From: Candidatus Poseidoniales archaeon
GTDB taxonomy: Archaea; Thermoplasmatota; Poseidoniia; Poseidoniales; Poseidoniaceae
DNA: 58,627 nucleotides
Direction of reading: 5' to 3'
NCBI GenBank assembly: GCA_009887135.1
Contig: QXYA01000112.1
Coordinates: 1-58,627 of the forward strand
Under the pieces are notes generated by a model. The model did not search any database. It saw only the letters and a program-made list of their open reading frames with translations, and was not told the DNA's origin. Numbering within the stretch: position 1 is the first letter of the stretch; each line of letters opens with the position of its first letter. The position numbers were made by a program, and so were the translations under genes. This document shows positions 1 to 9,700 of the stretch, one piece after another.

Positions 1-344
1 GGCGGGAGAGCGCCGATTCTTAGAAACTCATTTCGCAGCATAGGCATGTCAAATCTGCGAACATTATGGCCTACGAGCACGCTTCCTTGTATTAGCGCAG
101 CAACCTGGTCAGCAATTGCGGAAAAGTCGGGTTCACCCCGAACATCAGAATCTGAAATCCCATGAACTCGTTGTGCTTCATATGGAATTGGACGGCGTGG
201 GTTCACTAATCGATCATAGGAAAGTTCTGATCCATCGGCATCTGAGCCAATAAGTGCTAATTGCACAATCCGATCACGGGAAGTGCTTATGCCAGTAGTT
301 TCCAAATCAAATGCAAGAACTCGTTCGCCTTCAAGGAGTTCCAT
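1..344 (-). CDS. DnaQ/epsilon-like DEDDh 3'-5' exonuclease, N-terminal part (gene continues beyond the window start)
   Basis: Absent from the ORF track because there is no stop in the window. The reverse-strand ATG at 344 gives MELLEGERVLAFDLETTGIS...LVGHNVRRFDMPMLRNEF. This carries the Exo I motif (FDLETTG) and Exo II motif (HNxxFD) of DnaQ-like exonucleases. Confidence 0.7.
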   Translation of the reverse strand, partial: MELLEGERVLAFDLETTGISTSRDRIVQLALIGSDADGSELSYDRLVNPRRPIPYEAQRVHGISDSDVRGEPDFSAIADQVAALIQGSVLVGHNVRRFDMPMLRNEFLRIGALP

Positions 345-406
345 ATGTCCTGCTGAATGTGACGATTGAAGAACTATCGCTTTAGGCAGCAAGATTAGAA
401 AAGGCA

Positions 407-802
407 ATGAAGAAGAGACTTCTCATCCCAAACATGGGATTCTTTCGCCGCTTCTTCACCAAGAAGAATCAAGACGTAGAGACAGAAGCAAGTTTCGAAG
501 AATCTGAAGAGGAAATACTTGAGGTACTAAAGGAGAAATATGTTGTCGATGTAGATGAGAATGTAGAATCGATTGAATCTATTCTTGATGAGGACGAAGA
601 AGAGATTCTTCCTGGCAACGTCCAACCAGCCCCTGATTATGACCAATCAAATGCTGCACTAGAGGATGTTTTTGTTGATGAGAAGATGGAAAATTTCTCA
701 GAAAAGAACGTTGTAACTCACGATTCTATTGAAGAGATGGGAGATCATCTCAACACTGCGGAAATAATAGGAGACCTTCCCGAAGAGGTTTCGTTCGATT
801 GA
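407..802 (+). CDS. Hypothetical highly acidic protein with a basic amphipathic N-terminus (MGFFRRFFTKK)
   Basis: Open frame of 131 aa in the same orientation as downstream genes. Composition is Glu/Asp-rich and low in complexity, and I recognise no family motif. The start could instead be the internal Met at residue 10. Confidence 0.4.
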   Translation: MKKRLLIPNMGFFRRFFTKKNQDVETEASFEESEEEILEVLKEKYVVDVDENVESIESILDEDEEEILPGNVQPAPDYDQSNAALEDVFVDEKMENFSEKNVVTHDSIEEMGDHLNTAEIIGDLPEEVSFD

Positions 803-892
803 TTCTGGCTAAAATAGAGGGCATTTGAAACACACCTCTGTGTGTACAGAATTACAACATGGTTAGATATAGGATTAGTTTGAAGACAAATT

Positions 893-2068
893 ATGCAAGA
901 GAAGAGTATGCGATTAAAAGGGCTAGGGTTAGTCCTTCTGATGTGCTCTTTTTCTCTTGCTGGTTGCACCGGGATTCTTGACACAGCTCCTGAACCTAGG
1001 GCCACAATGGAAGCCTATCCTCTCCTCATACAAGAAGGCGAAATGGTGACCTTCGATGCTCGAGAATCCGACGCGGTTGAAGGGATCATCACCGAGTACC
1101 GTTGGGATTTTGGTGACGGAGAAAAACGGAATACAGTGACCGGATTTACATCGCACACGTACGAGATGTTTGGAGCCTATACGGTGACTCTAACAGTCGA
1201 AAATGACCAGGGAGGAGTTGATGATACCTCGGCGGTAGTTGTTGTAAACGGAGCGCCAGTCATCGATCTAACATATCCTGAAAATCCAAGGGCAGGAGAT
1301 TCCATCCTTCTCGATGCTTCAGCTTCCGTAGACCCGGAAGGAAATAATTTACTCTTTTCTTGGGATCTCGACTGGGGGGTTGATTCAGACGGCGATGGTG
1401 ACGGCCGTAATGACGTCGATTCCTCTGAGAACCAAGTGCTACTTCCGACCAATAAAAGTGGGATATATCTTGGTTCTGTTACCATCGATGATGGGCAAGA
1501 AGGTGTTCTAACCGAGGTGTTTGAACTCAACGTATCCTCTCGACGTTTTAGCGTTGTATGGAAAGAGAAAGTTATCGAACAAACTTGGTCGGACTATCTT
1601 GCAGAAGGGGATGAATGGAGCCAAGAAATTACACCAGGCTCTTCTGGTAGAATAATTTCTTATGAAGCAATTCTTGAATTAGAAAACGACCTCATTCAGC
1701 CTTACGATAATTTCACGCTTTTAGTAACTGTTCCAGAAGATAATTATCAAGAGAAAGCCGATACTGAAGGCGGAAACATAACTGCCAATGAGAACGCAAA
1801 AGCAACACTTTCCGAGGACAAACTCAACCCACTAGGCTCTGAAGGGATTTATGATTCTGATAACATGGAAATGGTCATCAGCATGTTGCTTAATGAACCA
1901 GGCTCAGCATTCGGCCAACCTCCCTGGGTGTTACTCGTGCAAGCTTTGCAGTCAAATCCGGACTCCGCCATTGAAATCCTCCCAGATCCAGATCCAGGAA
2001 ACGACTGGACACTAACGATAAAAATCACAATACAAGAACCGGTCATAACAGAAATAGCGTTCGAGTAG
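893..2068 (+). CDS. Secreted lipoprotein with tandem PKD domains
   Basis: Signal peptide ends in a lipobox-like LAGC (MCSFSLAGCTG). The first PKD signature is FDARES...YRWDFGDGE...HTYEMFGAYTVTLTVENDQGG. The second PKD-like unit is LDASASVDPEGNNLLFSWDLDWG. Confidence 0.75.
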   Translation: MQEKSMRLKGLGLVLLMCSFSLAGCTGILDTAPEPRATMEAYPLLIQEGEMVTFDARESDAVEGIITEYRWDFGDGEKRNTVTGFTSHTYEMFGAYTVTLTVENDQGGVDDTSAVVVVNGAPVIDLTYPENPRAGDSILLDASASVDPEGNNLLFSWDLDWGVDSDGDGDGRNDVDSSENQVLLPTNKSGIYLGSVTIDDGQEGVLTEVFELNVSSRRFSVVWKEKVIEQTWSDYLAEGDEWSQEITPGSSGRIISYEAILELENDLIQPYDNFTLLVTVPEDNYQEKADTEGGNITANENAKATLSEDKLNPLGSEGIYDSDNMEMVISMLLNEPGSAFGQPPWVLLVQALQSNPDSAIEILPDPDPGNDWTLTIKITIQEPVITEIAFE

Positions 2069-2109
2069 GTTAAGACGAAAAGAGTTTGAAGGACTGTTGA
2101 CTGGAAGGG

Positions 2110-2472
2110 TTGAGTGGCATGGTTGAATCTGTTGAAATCAGTCGAGTAAACATACGAGACACATTGTCTCTGGACCTATCTGTTTGGATGCATCACCCCG
2201 ATGACATGGACTTCAGGCCAGCAATGTCCTGCAAGGATAAAACACTCACAATTTTTTCTCAAACCTCTGGAGAAACACTTGCATCAGTTGATCTCGATGA
2301 TGATCAAATGCAAGCATTAGAAGCATCACTTACCGCAGAACTGCGTGTCAAATTCCATGTCCATGGCATGCACGGCCGATTGGATAAAATTGCTCCGATT
2401 ATAGCGGATGGCAAAGCAAAGAAACTTGCGACGGCAAATTGGAAAACTACCCAACCAGTTTCATTTGAGTAG
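2110..2472 (+). CDS. Hypothetical protein
   Basis: 120-aa ORF with a TTG start (an ATG alternative lies at 2119), co-oriented with its neighbours. No recognisable motif. Confidence 0.4.
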   Translation: MSGMVESVEISRVNIRDTLSLDLSVWMHHPDDMDFRPAMSCKDKTLTIFSQTSGETLASVDLDDDQMQALEASLTAELRVKFHVHGMHGRLDKIAPIIADGKAKKLATANWKTTQPVSFE

Positions 2473-2520
2473 GGATTCCCCCCATTTCTTTCATAACCGT
2501 AAACGACGAAAGTCGTAATT

Positions 2521-2805
2521 ATGTCTCCAAGACGATTAGGGAAAGGTTCCCAGAAGAAAGCACGATTTGACCGACTAAAAACTGAGATAATGCGATTTGT
2601 TACGGCAAATCCAGGATGTTCCGCCCAATCCATTGTTGCAAATCTATCTCACGATAGGGTAATGAGAAACCATGGTCTTACCCCTAGGAAAGTTGGATTC
2701 TTTATCCCAAGGCATCTTGCAGACCGACTGACTTGGTGGCAAGATCATCGTGCAGGAAGGCGAGTCTATGGCCGTCTTGAAGAAAACGATGACACTACTG
2801 CATGA
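2521..2805 (+). CDS. Small basic protein, possible winged-helix DNA-binding protein
   Basis: 94 aa and Lys/Arg-rich. The segment LKTEIMRFVTANPGCSAQSIVANLS is HTH-like. Its stop overlaps the next ORF's ATG (ATGA at 2802..2805). Confidence 0.4.
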   Translation: MSPRRLGKGSQKKARFDRLKTEIMRFVTANPGCSAQSIVANLSHDRVMRNHGLTPRKVGFFIPRHLADRLTWWQDHRAGRRVYGRLEENDDTTA

Positions 2806-3536
2806 AACTCCCTCTCTCAAAGAAGAGATACCGACGAACTCATGAGGCTTCACTCCTTGCTATGCACATGAGCGAAGAGCAAGAGGTTGCTGCATACTTC
2901 GATCTCGATGGGACGTTACTCAATGCTTCAAGCGAAAAAACGCTGACAGGAGTCCTTGCAAAAAGGCGACCTTGGCGAATACCCCATGCAACAATTGCGT
3001 GGTCACTTGGAACTGTATTCGGCCTCTTAACAGGTAAATCTCCTTATGATGCTCTACGCAACAGAGGTCATCTTTCTCTCGCTTCTTGGGCGACATTGGA
3101 GAAATATTCCGATGAAATCGCCCCTAAATTACTCGAGCCGAAAGTCTCTCAACAAGCATGGGAAAAGATTGCTTGGCACCGCCAACAAGGCCACAGGTTG
3201 GTATTGGTTACTGCTACTGTCGCTCCCATGGCTGAAGCGATGGGCCGGATATTGGGTATGGATGAAGTCTATGGATGCGGGCCAAGCGACCGTAGTGGGA
3301 TTCTTTCTGGTTCCGAACGAGGCTGGTCTGTTCCGAGACGAAAAGGAAAAGTGCCCGTAGTTGAATTAGATGCTAAGGAAAACGGTCATGATTTATCAAA
3401 ATGTTACGGTTACGGGAATACCCTTGCTGATTCGTGGTTTATGCGAAAATGTGGACACGCAATTGCAGTTAACCCGGAGCCTTCTCTGAGATCATATGCT
3501 CAAGAGAATAAATGGGAGATTGTAGAATGGCCTTAG
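2802..3536 (+). CDS. HAD-superfamily hydrolase, subfamily IB (SerB/phosphatase-like)
   Basis: Motif I is DxDxT (YFDLDGTLL). Motif II is VLVTATV. The C-terminal acidic motif is GYGNTLADSWF. The true start may be the Met at 2862 or 2868, which would place motif I near the N-terminus. Confidence 0.75.
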   Translation: MKLPLSKKRYRRTHEASLLAMHMSEEQEVAAYFDLDGTLLNASSEKTLTGVLAKRRPWRIPHATIAWSLGTVFGLLTGKSPYDALRNRGHLSLASWATLEKYSDEIAPKLLEPKVSQQAWEKIAWHRQQGHRLVLVTATVAPMAEAMGRILGMDEVYGCGPSDRSGILSGSERGWSVPRRKGKVPVVELDAKENGHDLSKCYGYGNTLADSWFMRKCGHAIAVNPEPSLRSYAQENKWEIVEWP

Positions 3537-3569
3537 AACCTTCATATAGTCTAGAAAATAGATTCTTTC

Positions 3570-4469
3570 ATGAGCGATTTATTCGGTATGGACGACGAAG
3601 GTGAAAAGGAAACCCCATCAGCATCTTCTGAGTATCAAGAAGAGAAAAAGAGCGTTTTCAAGAATCTTGTAAATGACAGTTTTACAGCAATGCAGACTTC
3701 TTTTGACTACCTTCTAAAAACAATTGAAAGAAATCCCGACCGGATTATTTTCGGAGTTGACAAAATAATCATCCTCGGAAATCTAGCAACCTATTCAATT
3801 CCTCTCGAGGGGCTCATTCAACGAATGAGGAACCCGTATGCTGGTGGAACAGGCCTCAACGCAACAACTGCTACGTTCAAGGGAAAACTCGATGGAAAGG
3901 AAGCATCGGTCTGTATCCAACCAGATCATCAAAATACAGCTAATCTTCCTGGATGCGATGTTCTTGACTCGTATTTCCTGATGCTGCTCAATGATGATAA
4001 GTTCATTCAACAGGAGAGGCATGGTCCCCTACGACATGCCTTGCTCAATTTGTATGGCCTATCTGCAAGCCCCGCATCTGCAGCGTTCAAGGAATTCCTT
4101 GATGTGACGATGGATGCCACATACATTCCCGGAGAAAATATGGTTGAAATCAAAGGAACAAACGGTTGGAAATGGAGAATGAGTGATGGAAACCCACTCG
4201 TCAAAGGTTTCACAATCTGGTTTAAGAAACCAAGACAGAGAGCATGGAAGAAAGTTGTTCAGGATACTGTAGAGTTTGAGTATGCGTACCATTATGACGA
4301 TGTTTTCAGTGTTCTTGAGTTGCTCTCCGATTCCCCTAGGGTGTTGGTTGAAGACGAAACATATGCTTCAGACGGTTACTTTAGAAAGATGGTTGGTCCT
4401 CACTATTCACCTCTAGAGAAGCGGCTAATCGCTGATGAAAACAACGAGCGCGAAGGCGCAGAGTCTTGA
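3570..4469 (+). CDS. Hypothetical protein
   Basis: 299-aa ORF with normal-looking codon usage. No motif recognised. Confidence 0.5.
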   Translation: MSDLFGMDDEGEKETPSASSEYQEEKKSVFKNLVNDSFTAMQTSFDYLLKTIERNPDRIIFGVDKIIILGNLATYSIPLEGLIQRMRNPYAGGTGLNATTATFKGKLDGKEASVCIQPDHQNTANLPGCDVLDSYFLMLLNDDKFIQQERHGPLRHALLNLYGLSASPASAAFKEFLDVTMDATYIPGENMVEIKGTNGWKWRMSDGNPLVKGFTIWFKKPRQRAWKKVVQDTVEFEYAYHYDDVFSVLELLSDSPRVLVEDETYASDGYFRKMVGPHYSPLEKRLIADENNEREGAES

Positions 4470-4471
4470 GT

Positions 4472-4548
4472 TGGCGGCCCCACCGCGATTCGAACACGGG
4501 TTGCTGGCTCCGCAAGCCGGCGTGATATCCAAGCTACACTATAGGGCC
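4472..4548 (-). tRNA. tRNA-Arg (anticodon GCG), CCA encoded
   Basis: The reverse complement reads GGCCCUA-UA-GUGUAGCUUGGAUAUCAC-G-CCGGC-UUGCGGA-GCCAG-CAAC-CCGUG-UUCGAAU-CGCGG-UGGGGCC-G-CCA. It has a 7-bp acceptor stem, a T-arm with a UUCGAAU loop, and an anticodon loop with U33 and G37. There is one C:A mismatch in the anticodon stem. Total length is 77 nt. Confidence 0.85.
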
Positions 4549-4575
4549 CTTGGTAATCGAATCCACCGACCACTT

Positions 4576-4585
4576 GGATATAAGC
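4576..4585 (-). promoter_or_regulatory. Candidate TATA box for the tRNA-Arg gene
   Basis: The minus strand reads GCTTATATCC. The TTATAT core lies 30-35 nt upstream of the mature tRNA 5' end, which fits archaeal TATA spacing if a short leader is present. Confidence 0.4.
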
Positions 4586-4648
4586 GCAACGGCACGATTT
4601 ACCAGTTTCTGTACAAGAGTTCATTGCGTTTACCCTCCTGGGCTAAGC

Positions 4649-5074
4649 ATGGCAGTTCATTTGCAAAGAGGTGTAGATTTTCCAATGGTCGACCTTGCAA
4701 ATATTGCCTATTACCCGAGGATTTTCGATTTAGCACACCGCTTCTTTGAAGACTCTTGGGAGCCTATTTGTGGAATCAAGTACTCGGAATTAATATTGGA
4801 ACGACAGATTGGTTTCCCAGTCGTTCATGTAGAATCTGATTTTATTGCACCACTTCGATATGGAGATACGGTGACGGCAACAATTTGGATCCAAAAAGTT
4901 GGAGATACATCGTGCACTTGGTGCTACGAGTTTCACAATCAAGAGAATGTTTTACTTTGGACATCAACTCAGGTTACCGTTTGTGTTAATATGGATACAA
5001 TGGAGCGTATTTCGATTCCGATTTTTCTCAGATCGGGGTTGGAAAATTGTGGCAAAGGTGTTCAAAATGGATGA
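4649..5074 (+). CDS. 4HBT/YbgC-like hotdog-fold acyl-CoA thioesterase
   Basis: VDLANIAYYPRIFDLAHRFFEDSW...GFPVVHVESDFIAPLRYGDTVTATIWIQKVGDTSCTWCYEF matches the 4HBT pattern. I moved the start to the ATG at 4649 because the upstream part of the ORF runs through the tRNA promoter region. Confidence 0.7.
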   Translation: MAVHLQRGVDFPMVDLANIAYYPRIFDLAHRFFEDSWEPICGIKYSELILERQIGFPVVHVESDFIAPLRYGDTVTATIWIQKVGDTSCTWCYEFHNQENVLLWTSTQVTVCVNMDTMERISIPIFLRSGLENCGKGVQNG

Positions 5075-5657
5075 AGATACGCCCGACATGTTTGCAATTC
5101 GACCAGATAGAAAGGGAGTAAAAACAGTTGCAGTTTTACTGATATTCTTCTCCATCTTCCTGGCTTTTGTCGCGAAAGCAGATCTTGATTTAGCTGGAAC
5201 AGACGAGGTTTCCGACGCTTATATGGAGAAAATTCTTGAGACTCCAAATCAACAAGGCGACAATGTTTCTTTTGAAGAGTACCAGTCGTATCACAAAGAG
5301 ATTAACGACAACAACGGCTATCTCATCAGAGGTGTATCTCTGGCAATTGGAAGCGCTGCGGGCATTATTGGGGGAGCCCTCATCTATCGCATGAAACCTC
5401 TTGGAAGCAAACTAGCCTTATCTGGGGCAGTGATTTCGTTCGTTGGAGGAATCATAGGGAACATGATCTTCTACGATGCGGCCCAACTACATTTACGGGG
5501 AACGATTCAGGATAATGCCGAATACTTCGGTTATGCCTGTGGAGTATGCACTTTCTTTGTCGCAACTCTTGCTCTTCTTCCACTGATAAATGCGAGAGCA
5601 AAACTAGCGTTTATTGAGGCAAATTCTGTACAATTGGTTCATGAAGAATCCGAATAA
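5067..5657 (+). CDS. Hypothetical integral membrane protein
   Basis: Start set at ATG 5067 (MDEDTPDMF), which overlaps the previous stop by 8 nt. At least four hydrophobic helices are present (VAVLLIFFSIFLAFV, GVSLAIGSAAGIIGGALIY, LALSGAVISFVGGIIGNMIF, CGVCTFFVATLALLPLI). Confidence 0.5.
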   Translation: MDEDTPDMFAIRPDRKGVKTVAVLLIFFSIFLAFVAKADLDLAGTDEVSDAYMEKILETPNQQGDNVSFEEYQSYHKEINDNNGYLIRGVSLAIGSAAGIIGGALIYRMKPLGSKLALSGAVISFVGGIIGNMIFYDAAQLHLRGTIQDNAEYFGYACGVCTFFVATLALLPLINARAKLAFIEANSVQLVHEESE

Positions 5658-6097
5658 TCCGCTGGTTTAGGCCACTTCTTTTTCAAGGTCTTTTCAAGGT
5701 CCTCACTCACGATTGCATTCCACCAATCACTCCCCTGCCAGATAGCATATTTTCCGCGTATGCCTCGCAAATCAGCGCCTTTAAGTTTACAATTTCTGAA
5801 ATTTGAGAGATTACATCGTGCTTTTCGTAAATCAGCGCCTCTGAAATCAGCTCCATCGAAAGCAGATTTCATAAGGTCCGCTTCGACCAAAGAGGCTTTG
5901 CGGAAATCACAATCAGTAAAGTCGCCTTCCGTTAAATCGGCCTCATCGAGTATTGCTCTTCGAAACGTTGAGCCCTTATGTCTTCCTTTACGGAGTAGAC
6001 TCTTGCTATGATTTTGATACGAATAGTCAAGGATGACATTTTCACCAGATTCTGGGTCGTCACGGGGGTCTCCCGTTCCGCCGCCTGACATGACCAT
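5639..6097 (-). CDS. Pentapeptide-repeat protein
   Basis: Consecutive A(D/N)LxX-type pentapeptides are present: ADLTEGDFTDCDFRKASLVEADLMKSAFDGADFRGADLRKARCNLSNFRNCKLKGADLRG. Confidence 0.8.
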   Translation of the reverse strand: MVMSGGGTGDPRDDPESGENVILDYSYQNHSKSLLRKGRHKGSTFRRAILDEADLTEGDFTDCDFRKASLVEADLMKSAFDGADFRGADLRKARCNLSNFRNCKLKGADLRGIRGKYAIWQGSDWWNAIVSEDLEKTLKKKWPKPADYSDSS

Positions 6098-6104
6098 GAT
6101 TCAC

Positions 6105-6605
6105 TCAGGAGGTTGATTGTTTATCGAGGTGCGCCCTACCGGCATCTGTTAGAACTGCGAATCGATTTTTGTCTCCATGCTCAAATGGCACTTCGAGTAA
6201 ACCGCGCTCTCTAAGTCTGTTTAGGTAAAGAGATAGATTGCCAGGGGGGTCGATTCCCCCATCTGAAAAGAGTTGGTTGACAACACGAGGGGGGCTATCC
6301 TGTACATTCTCGACATCACGGAGGTAATGGATGGCAGCAAGCACTTGATCGGGTTTCTTAGTTAGTGCACAATTTTCTACGAGCGATCTAAATGCAGAAC
6401 CACGTTCTGGCAAACCAGCATCTCTTGCGGCATCAATAGCAGCCTCAATAGCCGCATCTCTTGCATCTTTTACGCGTTCGAGTACAATTGACCATGTATC
6501 ATCATGCCTCATTTGTATGAGTCGTGCATCGACTTCAACAGTTGCTCCGGATACGTCAATTTCTAAGTCGCCTGCAGTGACCATTATTTTCGCTTGTGCT
6601 ACCAT
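6105..6605 (-). CDS. Hypothetical protein with a C-terminal winged-helix (MarR/PadR-like) domain
   Basis: Start set at ATG 6605 (MVAQAKIMV). The C-terminal LYLNRLRERGLLEVPFEHGDKNRFAVLTDAGRAHL resembles a wHTH recognition helix plus wing. It lies 7 nt upstream of the pentapeptide gene, so the two are a probable operon. Confidence 0.5.
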   Translation of the reverse strand: MVAQAKIMVTAGDLEIDVSGATVEVDARLIQMRHDDTWSIVLERVKDARDAAIEAAIDAARDAGLPERGSAFRSLVENCALTKKPDQVLAAIHYLRDVENVQDSPPRVVNQLFSDGGIDPPGNLSLYLNRLRERGLLEVPFEHGDKNRFAVLTDAGRAHLDKQSTS

Positions 6606-6661
6606 GGGTATCAGTCTAAGCACACCCCCCACCTATTGATAACCCTTGTATATTTACCACG

Positions 6662-6697
6662 ATAACAAAATATCCGCCGAAGTAACAAAATTTCGCC
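6662..6697. repeat. Imperfect tandem direct repeat in a divergent promoter region
   Basis: ATAACAAAATATCCGCC (6662..6678) and GTAACAAAATTTCGCC (6682..6697) share the core TAACAAAAT. They lie between the wHTH gene (minus strand) and the FG-GAP surface-protein gene (plus strand). Confidence 0.3.
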
Positions 6698-6766
6698 TTC
6701 TAACTCTGCAATCCAAGCGTAATCGACTTGAAGTATAGGTAGTCTGCGTAGAGTGTAGGTGATACC

Positions 6767-9700
6767 ATGGACGAAACCCAATCCCGTCGAAAATCTCTTT
6801 TCTTAGTCTCAATTTTATTGGCTTCAGTTCTATTTATTTCGCCCTCCACAGGCTCTGCAACACAAGTTACAACATTCGCTAACAATACCTCGAGCCTCTC
6901 TATTTCTTCAGATGGCAACAATACTTCGCTTTCTCTAGAAATCGATTTGGAGAGAAATGTCACGTATCAAGATGCATCATTCATTGTTGATAGCTCACAT
7001 GCCTCTGCAACACCAGGGGCTGTATACATCAACAACACCCAGGGGAATACAATTTGGAGTTACTCGGGACTTGGGTATGGGGATTTATCGCATCAAAACA
7101 GTTTCCAAACAGGAGACACATACGATTTGGTTCAACTTAACAACAGCAGTGGAATGCCCACTCCAATCCTACTCCCCAAGAATGCTTCATTGCAAACAAG
7201 TCAAATGAACGTCACGTACACGCCGAATATCGAAGCTCAATTTGTCCAAGTTGGATCTATTCAACAAATGGAAATGGGTGATTCAAATGGTGATTCGATG
7301 GCAGATGCCTTTGTAATGTCAACACAAAACTACTCAACTGGAGTAGGTACTGGTTTTGCAGTCGTAACAAGTAACGCCACCACGATGACGTATAGCCTCT
7401 CCAACTGGACGACGACGTGCCAAACATCACAAAGCCTCAGAGTAGCTGACATGAATAACGATTCCTTCGACGACGTGATTACGTTCGAACAATTCAATGA
7501 AACAATGTGCATCCACTACTATAATTCAACGACATCAACGTACGATCCTTACTTCAACGTAAACATCACAACCACACCTATTGATGTTCAATTAAGTGAT
7601 CTAAACGGAGACAATTTTTCTGACTTTATTTCTGTTCACGGCTATTTCGATAACGGGCTCGTTGCTGTTAATTCGTTCAATGCAACAACAAAAGGCTCGA
7701 AATTAGCGGATACGGCCGATATTCGTAAATGGAATTATGGGGATGGGAGAGCAGAAATGCGTAGCTTGCACGTTGGAGAATTCTTCGCGCCTAATCGCAA
7801 TCAGACAATTATTTTGGTGTCAGATGATGAGAATGATGCAACCGAATTGACTTATGATGCGGTAACAAAGACTCTCAATCCGAACATCAATAAATTCCGA
7901 AATCTTTCAGAGTTTTCTATACCAGGTGACGTTGATGGTGACGGTGATATTGACTTCATTACACCAAAAACGATGGGTTCTAACATTCTCTTGAATGATG
8001 GGCAGACGTGGACTCAGGTTCAAACAAATGATCAGATAAATACCGATAATGCTACAATTGCAGATCATGATAACGATGGAAATCCATCGTTCTTCTTACC
8101 TGATCCTGGATTTGGAGATAACAACCCAGCTACATTAGATGGCGATATCGGATTCAGATCAATCAGCGCCGCAGGAGTGGGCGTTCCGACACTAACTCCT
8201 CTCACGCCGTGGTCCCAACCGCGTGATATTCACTTCGCAGACGTTGATGCAGACGGGTTGATGGAACAATTTGTTCTTGCAGGAGAAACCTCTCAAGGGA
8301 TTTTCATTGGCGCCTGGCACAATCTGTCGATGGATGTTGATGTTGACAGCAATATCGATCTCTGGGCAGAGGGTTACTCAAGTAGCACAATTTCAAACAT
8401 CGGAGTTCTAACTCTCTCAGATACGAACGATATCATACGAGATTCACTTTCACCTCGCATCCCTGCCTACCCCGGTCTTTCAGACGGATATGGTGTTGAA
8501 ATGGTCAATAACATGATGTCCCTTTCGAGCAATTCAAATGGAACCGCTAATCTCACCGATTTGGATATCGCCTATGATATCACATTCCAAGTTACATCAA
8601 GCGCTGGAACAATTGGTTCACTGAGTAATTCCTTGAATCAGCAAATGCTTCCAGGCACAGGGGCGTTCACTGTGACGCTACCAGTTGAAACATCCAAAGA
8701 AGGTAGTTTCGATGTTACTTCATTCAGTGCAAATTACACCCTCGGCGCACCGAATCTGGCACTGCCTCCTACACCGGCCCTATCCATTCAATCGCTTACT
8801 GAAAATCATGTCACCATAGAATGGCAGCAGTTGTCAACCTACGGTTCTGATTTACAATCGTTCCAAATTTTCAAGATGTCCTCATCTACAGCATACGATT
8901 GGACAACACCTCACGATATTGTGACTGGTTCGAATAATTATACTGACACTCAAGTTGACATCGGTTCAACCTACGGATACGTTGTACGTTCAACTCACAC
9001 CTATGGAGTCATAAGCAACCTTTCTCAATCCCTGACAGTAACTATCCCATACCCTGCTGCACCGGAAAATGCAACAAATGTTCAACTCATGGATCTCGAC
9101 ATAAGTGTTGAGACCACTCCTCTGCGGGCTTCTTGGGATCTAAGTGCAGATTCATTCGTCGAAGAATATCTTGTTTATGTATCGAATATGAGTCTTGATT
9201 CATCGACAGAAACTTCCATTGAATTTACCTCAGAAAAGAATTTCAAATTGGGCGATAGAACCTATTCCCCTGTTGCAACACTTGCTAACTCAATTACATC
9301 GTATGACATCTCAGTCATGTCAGATTATACTGATTCAAGTGGAAGTGTATCTGGAAAAGCAATCGAAGACACATCGCAGTATTGGGTTGCTATTGCTGCT
9401 GTAGACATCTATGACAACGTATCTCTTCCTCTTCCGTTTGCTGGCCCTACCGTTTCGTTCAACAACACCTATCTTCAAAGCAACTTAGACATCACAGTAA
9501 CGACCGGAAATCCCGATCAATACCTCGTCTCTACCCAGCCTCTCAAGATTGAAATTAGTGCGACTGTTGAGGATGGAACTGGATTTTCACCTCTTGGAAA
9601 TGCACAAATTACGCTGGTCATAACAGCTGGAAACGAAGAATCCACCTTATCTGGAACAACCGATGTTTCAGGAATTTGGACGCCCGTGGATGTCACGAGC

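Noticed and set aside
830-845. A perfect 6-bp hairpin ACACAC-CTCT-GTGTGT after the acidic-protein gene. Similar small hairpins lie at about 2500..2514 and about 40470..40484.
   Set aside because: The stems are short and no following oligo-T tract is present. There is too little evidence to call them terminators or regulatory RNAs.
4403-4749. ORF-track entries 4403..4624 (minus strand) and 4435..4749 (plus strand), and the 5' part of 4550..5074.
   Set aside because: They run straight through the tRNA-Arg gene (4472..4548) and its TATA box. The thioesterase homology only begins after the ATG at 4649.
5639-6097. The pentapeptide-repeat protein read as a Qnr/MfpA-type quinolone-resistance determinant.
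   Set aside because: Only the generic repeat is visible. It is shorter than Qnr proteins and the context is archaeal, so no specific assignment is justified.
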